A stretch of 56,927 nt of DNA, from positions 1 to 56,927 of the forward strand of contig CAZETA010000004.1 in NCBI GenBank assembly GCA_964514995.1, in the 5' to 3' direction. The stretch comes from an uncultured Gammaproteobacteria bacterium. Lineage in GTDB: Bacteria > Patescibacteriota > Patescibacteriia > Magasanikbacterales > GWA2-37-8. A program made the translations under genes and the position numbers. How positions within the stretch are numbered: the first letter of the stretch is position 1; each line of letters starts with the position of its first letter. This document shows, in pieces, positions 28,312 to 37,601 of the stretch. Below the pieces are notes generated by a model. That model did not search any database and had not been told where the DNA came from. It saw only the letters and a program-made list of their open reading frames with translations.

Positions 28312-28590
28312 TTATTTAGCTACCACATGGACAAATTTTGCCATTGCCATGGTGCCATCAAATCGGCGTCTTTTCTTTTGGGTAAATTTTACTTTCCCAT
28401 CTGCCATTGCAAATATAGTGTCGTCTCCGCCTTGTTTGGTGTTTTTTCCGACTCGGAATTTTGAACCTCTTTGGCGGACAATGATCATGCCTTTTGTAAC
28501 TGCCTGACCATCATGCAGTTTGACGCCTAGGCGCTGAGCGGCAGAATCGCGGCCAAGACGGGTAGAACCACCGGCTTTTTTATGTGACAT
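28312..28590 (-). CDS. rpmA: 50S ribosomal protein L27
   Basis: 92 aa. [24 protein letters not shown]...[10 protein letters not shown] is near-universal bL27 sequence. Confidence 0.97.
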   Translation of the reverse strand: MSHKKAGGSTRLGRDSAAQRLGVKLHDGQAVTKGMIIVRQRGSKFRVGKNTKQGGDDTIFAMADGKVKFTQKKRRRFDGTMAMAKFVHVVAK

Positions 28591-28601
28591 AGGGTGTAGG
28601 G

Positions 28602-29012
28602 TTGATTTATTTGAGTAGGAATAATATACTATATCCTGTAATTCCTGTCAAGAAATGTGTGTTTTACTCACCTAAGTTATATTTCCGTGATATTTGGATT
28701 TTTGCGCCTCTGCTCGCTTCTGTTTTGATACAGGTATATGTATGGTGGAGTTTGATTTTGAACATCAGGCAAGATGTCGGACAGGTTTTCTTGCATTATA
28801 ACATCATTTTTGGAGTTGATTTAGTGGGAGATTGGTGGCGTGTGTATTATTTGCCAGCTGTCGGTATAGGAGTAATTTTTGTTAATTTTTTGTTTTCCGC
28901 TACCGTTTATTTGTTTGATAAATTTCTTGCCAGATTTTTAAGTTTTTGGGTCCTTTTCTTTCATATTTTTTTGCTAATTGGCGTGTTAATACTGGTGGGC
29001 CTAAACTCCTAG
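28602..29012 (+). CDS. Small hydrophobic membrane protein, unknown function
   Basis: Three to four hydrophobic helices. The ORF has no in-frame ATG near its 5' end. The TTG at 28602 overlaps the rpmA promoter, so the in-frame GTG at 28659 is a more plausible start. Confidence 0.45.
   Translation: MIYLSRNNILYPVIPVKKCVFYSPKLYFRDIWIFAPLLASVLIQVYVWWSLILNIRQDVGQVFLHYNIIFGVDLVGDWWRVYYLPAVGIGVIFVNFLFSATVYLFDKFLARFLSFWVLFFHIFLLIGVLILVGLNS
28623..28651 (-). promoter_or_regulatory. sigma70-type promoter candidate for rpmA
   Basis: On the minus strand: TTGACA (28651-28646), 17-nt spacer, TATATT (28628-28623). Confidence 0.5.
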
Positions 29013-29021
29013 TAGTCGTGT

Positions 29022-30125
29022 ATGGAAAGATATCATAAATCCGCAGACAGATTTTTTTTATTGTCTTTTGCAGTACTCCTTATTTTCGGTTTGATTTTGC
29101 TTGCTTCGGTCAGTGGCCCGATAGGATATACCAAATTTGGTGACACGCTTTTTTTTATTAAAAAGCAAATTTTGTTTGGAGTTTTGCCTGGCGTTGTATT
29201 TTTTTTGATTTTGGCAAAAATTAACTATCAGACTTGGATGAAATTCGGCGGTTTAGCATACGTGTTCGCGGTAGGCATGTTATGTATGGTCTTTATTCCT
29301 GGTTTAGGGCTTACTATTAACGGCTCAAGGAGTTGGGTTTCCTTAGGCGGTTTTTCTTTTCAGCCGGCGGAATTTGCTAAACTGGCAATTATTATCATGC
29401 TGGCGAAAATACTTTCGGAAAAAACAGATCTTAAAGATTGGAAAAACGGCCTTCTCCCCGTGTTGGCGATACTATCACCCGCAGTCCTTCTTGTTGTAGC
29501 CCAGCCGGATGTTGGAACGCTTTCTATTTTTTTAGTGATCATTTATGCGATGCTGTATCTGGCCGGTACGCCAAAAATCTACCTGTTGATTTTGGCTCTG
29601 ATAGGCATCGGATCGTTTGCTGTATTGTTGCTGATAGCTCCGTATAGAGTTGATCGGTTAATGACCTTTTTGCATCCTGAGCTAGATCCACGGGGTGTTG
29701 GTTATCAAATCAATCAAGCGTATCTAGCGGTAGGTTCCGGTGGTGTGTGGGGTCTTGGGCTGGGGCACTCTCGGCAGAAGTTTCAATATTTGCCGGAAGC
29801 TCAGGCGGATTCTATTTTTGCCGTCGTCGCTGAAGAGATGGGGTTATTAAAAACGGGCTTTTTAGTACTGTTGATTACTTTTTTGGCTTTGCGAGGCTTT
29901 CGGATAGCCAGTGGCGCGCCGGATGAGTTTGGACGTTTACTCGCGGCAGGGATTATGATATGGTTTATCTGGCAATCGTTTCTAAATATCGGCACTATTA
30001 TTGGTTTATTACCGCTCACCGGTGTGCCCCTGCCATTTATTAGTCATGGCGGTACAGCCATGTTAATTGGTCTCGCCAGTATTGGTATTATGGCTAATAT
30101 CAGTAAGTTTAGTACTGTAAAATAA
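29022..30125 (+). CDS. FtsW/RodA/SpoVE (SEDS) family peptidoglycan glycosyltransferase
   Basis: 367 aa, about 10 TM helices. QPAEFAKL, QPDVGT, DSIFAVVAEEMG and LPLTGVPLPFISHGGT are SEDS motifs. Confidence 0.88.
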   Translation: MERYHKSADRFFLLSFAVLLIFGLILLASVSGPIGYTKFGDTLFFIKKQILFGVLPGVVFFLILAKINYQTWMKFGGLAYVFAVGMLCMVFIPGLGLTINGSRSWVSLGGFSFQPAEFAKLAIIIMLAKILSEKTDLKDWKNGLLPVLAILSPAVLLVVAQPDVGTLSIFLVIIYAMLYLAGTPKIYLLILALIGIGSFAVLLLIAPYRVDRLMTFLHPELDPRGVGYQINQAYLAVGSGGVWGLGLGHSRQKFQYLPEAQADSIFAVVAEEMGLLKTGFLVLLITFLALRGFRIASGAPDEFGRLLAAGIMIWFIWQSFLNIGTIIGLLPLTGVPLPFISHGGTAMLIGLASIGIMANISKFSTVK

Positions 30126-30126
30126 T

Positions 30127-31131
30127 ATGCGTCTACTTGTCAGTGGTGGAGCTGGATTTATGGGCTCCCACTTTATTAAATATATTTTGACGAAATATCC
30201 TGAGTATAGGATAGTAAATTTTGATAAACTGACCTATGCGGGTAATTTAGAAAATTTACGAGAAGTAGAAAGTAATCCAAATTATAAATTTGTAAAAGGA
30301 GATATTTGCGATCGGATGGCGTTGGTTCGGGTGGTGAAAGAAAATAAGATAGACGCAATTGTAAATTATGCAGCCGAAACTCATGTCGACCGGTCAATTA
30401 TGGATCCGGATGCGTTTTTACGTACGGAAATTTTGGGAACATTCAATTTGCTGGAAGTTACAAAAGAATTTGGTTTGCAGAAAATGGTGCAAGTTTCTAC
30501 TGATGAAGTTTATGGCAGTATCAGTGAGGGCGCTTTTACCGAAGAAACTCCATTTGCCCCAAACAGTCCATATTCAGCAGCCAAGGCTGGAGCCGATCAT
30601 TTGTGCCGAGCATATTTTGTGACCTATAAGACTCCGGTCGTTGTATCGCATAGCTGTAATTTTTACGGTACCAACCAATATCCAGAAAAATTAATTCCGT
30701 TTTTTATTACTAATCTGCTTGAAGGTAAAAAAGTGCCGCTCTATGGCGATGGTAAAAATGTGCGGGAGTGGATCCATACCAGTGATCATTGTTGGGCTAT
30801 AGACACTTTGCTGCACAAAGCTGAACCAGGAAGCGTATATAATATCGGTTCCGGACAGGAATTAGAAAATATTGCAATTACCAAAATGATTTTAGATTCT
30901 ATGGGCTTTGCGGAAGAAATGATCGAACGAGTGACAGATCGGCCGGGTCACGATCGTCGCTATGCGATTGATTGCGGTAAGATGAAAAAAGATTTTGGCT
31001 GGCAAGCTGAAAAAGATTTTGCGAAAGGATTGCAAGAGATAATTGAATGGTATAAAAATAATCCGCAGTGGTGGCAACCGCTTAAAAACGGTCAGTACGC
31101 AGAGTATTTTAAGAAGCAGTATAAAAGATAA
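30127..31131 (+). CDS. rfbB: dTDP-glucose 4,6-dehydratase
   Basis: 334 aa. SGGAGFMGSHF, NFDKLTYAGN, STDEVYG, YSAAKA and GHDRRYAID. Confidence 0.95.
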   Translation: MRLLVSGGAGFMGSHFIKYILTKYPEYRIVNFDKLTYAGNLENLREVESNPNYKFVKGDICDRMALVRVVKENKIDAIVNYAAETHVDRSIMDPDAFLRTEILGTFNLLEVTKEFGLQKMVQVSTDEVYGSISEGAFTEETPFAPNSPYSAAKAGADHLCRAYFVTYKTPVVVSHSCNFYGTNQYPEKLIPFFITNLLEGKKVPLYGDGKNVREWIHTSDHCWAIDTLLHKAEPGSVYNIGSGQELENIAITKMILDSMGFAEEMIERVTDRPGHDRRYAIDCGKMKKDFGWQAEKDFAKGLQEIIEWYKNNPQWWQPLKNGQYAEYFKKQYKR

Positions 31132-31136
31132 AGTTT

Positions 31137-31982
31137 ATGGCACCAAAAAAAATTTTAATTATCGGTAATGGTTTTTTAGGTAAAAAATGCGCGGCTGCGT
31201 GGCCCGAGGCAATTTTGTCAGATAAATTATTACACACCGTCAAAGATGTAGAGGATTTGCTTGACGAGCACAAACCGGATTCGGTCCTTAATGCCGCCGG
31301 TATCGTCGGGAAGCCAAACGTAGATTGGTGTGAAGATCACCAGCTCGAAACCATTGCCGGGAATACTACTTTGCCTATTATGATCGCGGAAGCCTGTCAG
31401 AAAAAGGGCGTGTATCTGTTGCATATGGGTACGGGCTGTATTTTTTATGGCTATTCATCTGATCCTAAGGGTTGGAAAGAAAGCGACCATCCAAATCCTA
31501 TGGCAGTATACACTCGCAGCAAATACGCGGCTGATTTGGTATTGTCAACATTACCCAATGTTGGTATTGCCCGCATCCGAATGCCGATAGACGCTGAGCC
31601 GTCACCAGGGAATTTGATTGACAAGCTCGCTTCATTTAAGCGAGTAGTAGATGTGGTAAATAGTGTGACGGTCGTAGAGGATATGATTGCTGTGTTTAAA
31701 CAGTTGTTAGAAAAGCAAACGAGCGGAATCTTTCACGTCACCAATCCAGGGGCTATCAAGCACAAAGAAATTTTAGAGATGTACACCGAAATTGTTGATC
31801 CTAGTCATACAAATGAATGGATCTCAGCCCAAGAGCTTGTGGATACTGGTTTGGCGAAGAAAACTAGATCAAATACAATTTTGAGTTCTGAGAATTTAGA
31901 GAAGGCCGGTATTCATATGCGCGAGGTGCATGAAGCGGTGCGGCAGACGATGAAGAAGTATGCAGAGCTAAAGAAAATATAA
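31137..31982 (+). CDS. NRS/ER-type 4-keto-6-deoxyglucose 3,5-epimerase/4-reductase (RmlD-like fold)
   Basis: 281 aa. NAAGIVGKPNVDWCEDHQLETI, GTGCIF, RIRMPI and IFHVTNPGAIKHKEILEMY closely parallel, as I recall them, the plant NRS/ER and C-terminal RHM domain sequences. Confidence 0.7.
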   Translation: MAPKKILIIGNGFLGKKCAAAWPEAILSDKLLHTVKDVEDLLDEHKPDSVLNAAGIVGKPNVDWCEDHQLETIAGNTTLPIMIAEACQKKGVYLLHMGTGCIFYGYSSDPKGWKESDHPNPMAVYTRSKYAADLVLSTLPNVGIARIRMPIDAEPSPGNLIDKLASFKRVVDVVNSVTVVEDMIAVFKQLLEKQTSGIFHVTNPGAIKHKEILEMYTEIVDPSHTNEWISAQELVDTGLAKKTRSNTILSSENLEKAGIHMREVHEAVRQTMKKYAELKKI

Positions 31983-31984
31983 TT

Positions 31985-32605
31985 ATGTATACGCAGGCAC
32001 AGAAACAATTGCTTAGGTATGCCCGAACAATGGTAAAAAAAATGATGGAAGAAAGTCCTGTGCCGGCGCATGGTTTTGATCACGCTCTGCGCGTGAGTAA
32101 GTGGGCGGTTATTATAGCCAAGGCAGAAGGAGCAAGTATTTTTTTGTCAGAGTTAACATCGTTGCTTCATGATGTTGGCCGCATACCGGAGCACTATACG
32201 GCAGGTAATACTAAAAGACACCATGAACTTTCGTATGAAATTTGTCAGAAATTTTTTCGGCAGGATAAAAATTTTGATATTTTGTCCAAACAAGAAAAGA
32301 TCAGTGTTCTATACGCCCTTAGGTATCATTGGAATAATATGGCGGATAAGTATCAAGTAGCCTGGATCTTGCGTGATGCGGATAAACTAGATGCATTTGG
32401 GAAGATCGGGCTTAAACGCATGCTTGAATTTGCTAATTATGACGAGAAAAAGATTTTAACCGATTTGCGGAATCGGGCCGATATGTGGTTGCATATTCGT
32501 ACTAAGACAGCTCAAGATATTTTTAAAAAGAAAAATTTGTTTTCGCCCTTGTTGAAGTATCAGCAAAAGATTTTAAAGAGTAAAATAGAAAATATTCAGC
32601 TGTAA
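31985..32605 (+). CDS. HD-domain metal-dependent phosphohydrolase
   Basis: 206 aa. HGFDHALRV ... LLHDVGR ... RDADKLD form the HD-superfamily motif series. Confidence 0.75.
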   Translation: MYTQAQKQLLRYARTMVKKMMEESPVPAHGFDHALRVSKWAVIIAKAEGASIFLSELTSLLHDVGRIPEHYTAGNTKRHHELSYEICQKFFRQDKNFDILSKQEKISVLYALRYHWNNMADKYQVAWILRDADKLDAFGKIGLKRMLEFANYDEKKILTDLRNRADMWLHIRTKTAQDIFKKKNLFSPLLKYQQKILKSKIENIQL

Positions 32606-32613
32606 CTAATATT

Positions 32614-33672
32614 ATGTTAGATAATTTAGAAAAAATCAAACAATTGGATTCAAAAAACATGCGTGGCAGTATCGAGGCTTTAGGCAGGCAGATAGAAAGT
32701 GTTTGGAAAGAGGCAGAGCAGATTAGGTTGCCAGCGAGCTATAAAAAAGTAAAAAATATTGTTGTATTGGGAATGGGTGGATCAGGCCTGGGATCTCATG
32801 TGATTCAAACTTTGTTTAGAAACAAGTTAACTATTCCGCTTGAGATCGTCAATCACTACCATGTTCCGGCCACTGTAGGCAAGGACACACTGATTCTCTC
32901 CTCAAGTTACTCAGGTACGACGGAGGAGGTTCTGAAGGCATCCAAAGAAGCGTTAAAGAAAAAGGCAAAAATTGTCGCGCTTACTTCGGGTGGAGAATTA
33001 GCGCAGTGGGCTAAAAAGAATAAATTGCCAGCTTTGGTTTTTTCTACAAACGACAATCCGTGCGGATCGCCACGAATGGGGCAGGGGTATATGATCTTCG
33101 GCCAGTTGGCATTATTATCTCGACTCGGATTAATTCCAAAAGTTAATGTAAAAAAAGTGGTTGATACGGTATCTCGCCACTTGACGCTGAACGGCTTGCA
33201 AGCGCTAAATGAAAAAAATCCGGCCAAGCAGTTTGCGCAGCAGTTATTCGGTAAAAGTATTTTTTATGTCGGTTCCGAACATTTGGTTGGCAATGCGCAT
33301 ATTGGCGCAAACCAGCTTAATGAAAATGCCAAGCGATTCAGCAGTTATTTTGTCATACCTGAGTTAAACCACCATCTGATGGAAGGCATGTTATTTCCAC
33401 AGTCTAACAAAAATAATTTAGCGTTTGTGTTGTTTGAGTCGGGTCTTTACGATGCGCGAGTGCAGAAGCGGTATCAAATTACCAAAAATATTTTAGATAA
33501 AAATAGTATCAGTTGGTTATCATATGTCTGCCAAGAAAAAGAACCGCTTTTGCAGGTTTGTGAGTTATTAGTTCTCACTGCATATGTAAGTTTCTATTCC
33601 GCAATGCGCCAAGACATTGATCCTACTGCCATTCCATTTGTTGATTTTTTTAAGGAGCAGCTGAAGAAATAG
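32614..33672 (+). CDS. Bifunctional phosphoglucose/phosphomannose isomerase (SIS-domain, PGI/PMI type)
   Basis: 352 aa. VVLGMGGSGLG and SSSYSGTTEE SIS motifs, with a second SIS-like half. Confidence 0.75.
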   Translation: MLDNLEKIKQLDSKNMRGSIEALGRQIESVWKEAEQIRLPASYKKVKNIVVLGMGGSGLGSHVIQTLFRNKLTIPLEIVNHYHVPATVGKDTLILSSSYSGTTEEVLKASKEALKKKAKIVALTSGGELAQWAKKNKLPALVFSTNDNPCGSPRMGQGYMIFGQLALLSRLGLIPKVNVKKVVDTVSRHLTLNGLQALNEKNPAKQFAQQLFGKSIFYVGSEHLVGNAHIGANQLNENAKRFSSYFVIPELNHHLMEGMLFPQSNKNNLAFVLFESGLYDARVQKRYQITKNILDKNSISWLSYVCQEKEPLLQVCELLVLTAYVSFYSAMRQDIDPTAIPFVDFFKEQLKK

Positions 33673-33677
33673 CTAGT

Positions 33678-34532
33678 ATGAACCTCTCTGTAATCACCGT
33701 CACCTGGAATTCAGCAAATTTAATTCGCGAACAGATCAAATCAGTAATGGCTGGCTGTAAGGATATTTCTTTTGAAGAAATTATTGTTGATAATGCTTCA
33801 GGCGATAATACAGCCGAAGTTATTAAGAAAGAACCCCCCCAAGTTAAACTTATTAAAAGCGATAAAAATCTGGGCTTTGCAGGTGCTAATAATGTAGCTG
33901 CTAAGGAAGCTCAGGGAGAATTTTTGCTTTTTCTCAATCCTGATATGCGGGTGTCAGAAGGTTCGCTTGATACTATGGTTGAGTGGATGAAGAAACATCC
34001 AGATGCCGGGCTGGCAAGCTGTAAACTTGTGGATGAATTTGGTAATTTGAATAAAGATGCGCAACCAAGGCGTTTCCCAAAACTATTTGATCAGCTTGCT
34101 TTAATCCTTAAGCTGCCACATGTATTTCCATCTATATTGAACCGTTATTTATTCAAAGATTTTAATCCCGATGTCGAGCAGGAGGTGGATTCAGTACGCG
34201 GATCTTTTATGATGATGCGACGCGAAGTGTATGAAAAGCTTGGTTGGGCATTTGATCCGCGATATTTTATCTGGTTTGAAGATGTAGATCTGTGCCGCGA
34301 GGTGAAAAAACTTGGCTTTAAGGTTATGCATACGCCAGTAATTAGTTGTGTAGATTATATTGGGCAAAGTTTTAAGCAGCGAACCACGCTATGGAAACAA
34401 AAACAATTTACTAAAAGCATGGTAACTTATTTCAAAAAATGGGAAGGATGGTATGTATGGATATGGCTTGTTTTATTTCGGCCAGTGGGGATTGCATTGG
34501 CGTGGGTAGGAGATAAAGTAAACAAAATTTAA
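33678..34532 (+). CDS. Glycosyltransferase family 2 (rhamnosyltransferase-like)
   Basis: 284 aa. VITVTWNS, VDNASGDNT, LNPDM and FIWFEDVDLC, typical of the WbbL-like GT2 class. Confidence 0.8.
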   Translation: MNLSVITVTWNSANLIREQIKSVMAGCKDISFEEIIVDNASGDNTAEVIKKEPPQVKLIKSDKNLGFAGANNVAAKEAQGEFLLFLNPDMRVSEGSLDTMVEWMKKHPDAGLASCKLVDEFGNLNKDAQPRRFPKLFDQLALILKLPHVFPSILNRYLFKDFNPDVEQEVDSVRGSFMMMRREVYEKLGWAFDPRYFIWFEDVDLCREVKKLGFKVMHTPVISCVDYIGQSFKQRTTLWKQKQFTKSMVTYFKKWEGWYVWIWLVLFRPVGIALAWVGDKVNKI

Positions 34533-34623
34533 AATCTATATAATTATATGGGCTAAAGCCCATATATCCTCATTCGCTCAAAAATATTTGAGCAAGCTAA
34601 ATATTTTTTCACTCATTTCGAAT

Positions 34624-35664
34624 ATGAAATTATCAGTTCATCTAGTTACTTGGAACGGAGCAAAGTATGTACCATACCTCTTTGATTCTTTGCGCAAACA
34701 AACCTTTAAAGATTGGCGCCTGCTTATTATTGACAATAATTCGCAAGATGGCATGGTGGAGCTCATAAAAAATGAATTGGCGAATTTTTCAGTTTCGTAT
34801 GAGTTGATTGAGAATAAAGCTAATCTGGGTTTTGCGGGAGGTCATAACATGGCGTTTAGAAAAACGAATGATGAGTATGTAATGATGCTTAACCAAGATA
34901 TGTATCTCGCGCCTGATTGCCTCGAGAAGATTGTCGGTTTTCTCGACAATCATCCAGTTGTTGCGGCTGTATCGCCCCGGCTTATGAAATGGAACTTTGC
35001 GGAAGCGGGAAACAATATAGAGAAAAGTTTCACTGATCGAGTTGACTCGTTAGGATTAAAAGTATTTAGAAATAGAAGAGTCATAGAGCAATATACTCAG
35101 GAGGACTGGAATTTTTTGCAATCTCAGTTAGTAGGGGAGACTTCGGTGAAAGTTTTTGGCGTTTCCGGCGCATTGCCGACATTTAGAAGGTCTGCAATGC
35201 AGGGTGTGTTATATCCAGACGGGACAGTTTTTGACGAATCGTATCAATCATATAAAGAAGATGTCGATTTGGCGTATCGCCTAGCTGCGCACGGGGATGA
35301 ATCCTATATATTGTTGAATGCCTATGCTCATCATGATCGTTCTGCGGCCGGACCAAAAGAGTCCGATGATAGCGCGGCCGCGGCCAACAAAAAAACTCAG
35401 TCGGAATGGGTAAAATATCATAGCTACAAGAATCATTTGATGACGGTGTATAAGAATGAATATTGGCAGAACTTTATTCTTGATTTTCCTTGGATTTTGT
35501 GGTATGAATTGAAGAAATTTGTCTATTTTTTACTTTTTGATCGGAGGGTCTTAGTTGGGTTAAAAGAGCTTTGGAAATTAAGGAAGGATATTCAAGTAAA
35601 AAGAAAATTCATTAAAAGTACTCGAAAATTAAGTTGGCAGGAAATGAGAAAATTGTGGTTCTAA
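34624..35664 (+). CDS. Glycosyltransferase family 2
   Basis: Start placed at MKLSVHLVTWNG (34624). IDNNSQDG, LNQDM and YKEDVDLAYR. Confidence 0.8.
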   Translation: MKLSVHLVTWNGAKYVPYLFDSLRKQTFKDWRLLIIDNNSQDGMVELIKNELANFSVSYELIENKANLGFAGGHNMAFRKTNDEYVMMLNQDMYLAPDCLEKIVGFLDNHPVVAAVSPRLMKWNFAEAGNNIEKSFTDRVDSLGLKVFRNRRVIEQYTQEDWNFLQSQLVGETSVKVFGVSGALPTFRRSAMQGVLYPDGTVFDESYQSYKEDVDLAYRLAAHGDESYILLNAYAHHDRSAAGPKESDDSAAAANKKTQSEWVKYHSYKNHLMTVYKNEYWQNFILDFPWILWYELKKFVYFLLFDRRVLVGLKELWKLRKDIQVKRKFIKSTRKLSWQEMRKLWF

Positions 35665-35668
35665 GCAT

Positions 35669-36496
35669 ATGTTAGATGTTTTGATTACGGTCGTTAATTA
35701 TAAAATGAAAGAGCATATAGACAAGTGCTTTGCTTCATTATTTAATGATACTAGAGATTCCGGTTTGAATGTCGGTGTAGTGGTAGTTGATAATGCTTCA
35801 AACGACGGCATAGAGCAAATGCTCAAGGAAAAGTATCCAGCGGTACAATATATTCAGCTGTCTGATAACGGCGGTTTTGGACGAGCGCAAAATATAGGTT
35901 TGAAATCAGCGGCGGCTCGGTATTATTTTGTTTTAAATCCTGATACTTATTTTTTTCCGGGCAGTCAGACCGTCAAAAAGATGTATGATTATATGGAGGC
36001 CCATCCAAAGATTGGCATGTTGGGTCCTAAGATTTTATATCCGGACGGTTCGTTGCAATATTCGTGCTATCGTTTTCCCACTTTTCTTCATCCGCTGATT
36101 AGCCGTAGTAGTTTTGGTGAAAAAGGTTTTGGTAAGAAGTTGCAAACTCACGCATTGATGAAAGATTTTGATCATAACGAGACTCGTCCAGTAGACTGGA
36201 TTATGGGTTCAGCTATGTTTGTGCGCGGTGCCGCTATGGCTCAAGTAGGCATGTTCGACGATCGTTTTTGGATGTATTATGAAGATAGTGACTGGTGTCG
36301 TCGCATGTGGGAAATGGGTTGGCCTGTATACTATGTCCATACGATCGTCTTGGAGCATCTGCATGGGCGAGGCTCTGCTAAGGTGCCCGGAGTATTCAAA
36401 GCCTTGCTAAAAAATAAATTGGCGCGCGTGCATCTGGCAAGTTGGTTCAAATATATGTGGAAATGGAAAGGTAATAATAAATATTATTCCGTATAA
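35669..36496 (+). CDS. Glycosyltransferase family 2
   Basis: 275 aa. VDNASNDG, LNPDT and MYYEDSDWCRR. Confidence 0.8.
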   Translation: MLDVLITVVNYKMKEHIDKCFASLFNDTRDSGLNVGVVVVDNASNDGIEQMLKEKYPAVQYIQLSDNGGFGRAQNIGLKSAAARYYFVLNPDTYFFPGSQTVKKMYDYMEAHPKIGMLGPKILYPDGSLQYSCYRFPTFLHPLISRSSFGEKGFGKKLQTHALMKDFDHNETRPVDWIMGSAMFVRGAAMAQVGMFDDRFWMYYEDSDWCRRMWEMGWPVYYVHTIVLEHLHGRGSAKVPGVFKALLKNKLARVHLASWFKYMWKWKGNNKYYSV

Positions 36497-36498
36497 AT

Positions 36499-37596
36499 AT
36501 GGAAAATTATCCAAAAGTAGCCATCGTCTACCTGTCATTCCACTCGGAGATTTATCTGGATGATATGATTTCCGCTTTAGAAAAAGTTACCTATCCTAAA
36601 GATCGGTTAGAGTTAGTAGTGCCTGATAATCCTCATCCAACCTATGGATCTTCGATGCGTGCATTAGAAGAAAAGTTATTGCCTATTTCAGGACGAACCA
36701 TTCCACATGTTACGTTGTTGCCCCAGAAAGAGAACCTGGGTTTTTCGGTGGGTAATAACGCAGGTATACAGTGGGCCTTGGATAATGGTTTCGATTATGT
36801 GTATTTTCATAATATTGATGGCTTTGTGGCCGCTAATTTTTTAGAACCCCTTATTGATGTAATGGAAAATGATAAATCTGTCGGCGCCGTTCAATCGCTA
36901 CTAATGCTCTACCCAGAGACGGATTTAGTAAATAGTTCGGGCAACTCTTTCCATTATTTAGGTTTAGGCTTCTGCAATAATTTACGAGTCAAGAGATCAG
37001 ATTTACAACTAGAAAAGGTTTCTGAAATAGGATTCTCCAGTGGCGCCGCTGTTCTTATGCGTGCCGATTTACTTCGTCAGTATGGCCTGTGGGACCCTGA
37101 TTTTTTTATGTATCACGAGGATATTGAATATTCTTTCCGTCTACGGATCGCTGGCTACAAAATAATGGTTGCTACTGATTCGTTGTTTTATCATAAGTAT
37201 TCTTTTGGTCGGAATCAGATTAAATTTTATGGTATGGAACGAAATCGGTTTGGCGTAATGCTGATGTTTTTCAAATGGCAAACATTGCTGTTGTTTCTAC
37301 CAATGGCACTTGTTCTGGAACTAGGTTTGCTGGTATTTGCGGCAAAGCAAGGGTGGATCAAAGAAAAATTAAAAGCCTATGCGTATTGGCTTAAATTATC
37401 CAGCTGGAAATTATGGTTAAAAAAGCGCCGATATGTGCAAAGTATTCGCAAAGTAAGTGATAAGGAAATGACTGGAACATTTGTCGGCAAGATCGAATTC
37501 AACGAACAAAGTATTAAAAATCCAGTTCTTGATCATATTGCCAATCCGCTGATGAATTTTTATTGGTCGATTGTAAAGAAAATTATTTTTTGGTAA
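36499..37596 (+). CDS. Glycosyltransferase family 2 with C-terminal membrane segment
   Basis: 365 aa. VPDNP, MYHEDIEYSFR, and a hydrophobic LLLFLPMALVLELGLLVFAA segment. Confidence 0.8.
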   Translation: MENYPKVAIVYLSFHSEIYLDDMISALEKVTYPKDRLELVVPDNPHPTYGSSMRALEEKLLPISGRTIPHVTLLPQKENLGFSVGNNAGIQWALDNGFDYVYFHNIDGFVAANFLEPLIDVMENDKSVGAVQSLLMLYPETDLVNSSGNSFHYLGLGFCNNLRVKRSDLQLEKVSEIGFSSGAAVLMRADLLRQYGLWDPDFFMYHEDIEYSFRLRIAGYKIMVATDSLFYHKYSFGRNQIKFYGMERNRFGVMLMFFKWQTLLLFLPMALVLELGLLVFAAKQGWIKEKLKAYAYWLKLSSWKLWLKKRRYVQSIRKVSDKEMTGTFVGKIEFNEQSIKNPVLDHIANPLMNFYWSIVKKIIFW

Positions 37597-37601
37597 TCAA
37601 T

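Noticed and set aside
28244-28507. An 87-aa plus-strand ORF spanning the terminator and running antisense through rpmA.
   Set aside because: It is antisense to a near-universal bL27 sequence and crosses the 28268-28305 terminator hairpin, so it is a shadow ORF.
34546-34593. Two short hairpins (ATATGGGC-taaa-GCCCATAT and GCTCAAA-aata-TTTGAGC) in the gap between the first two GT2 genes, considered as a terminator.
   Set aside because: Neither is followed by a U-tract and the stems are short and AT-rich, so the evidence is insufficient for a terminator call. They are mentioned only in the GT2-block finding.
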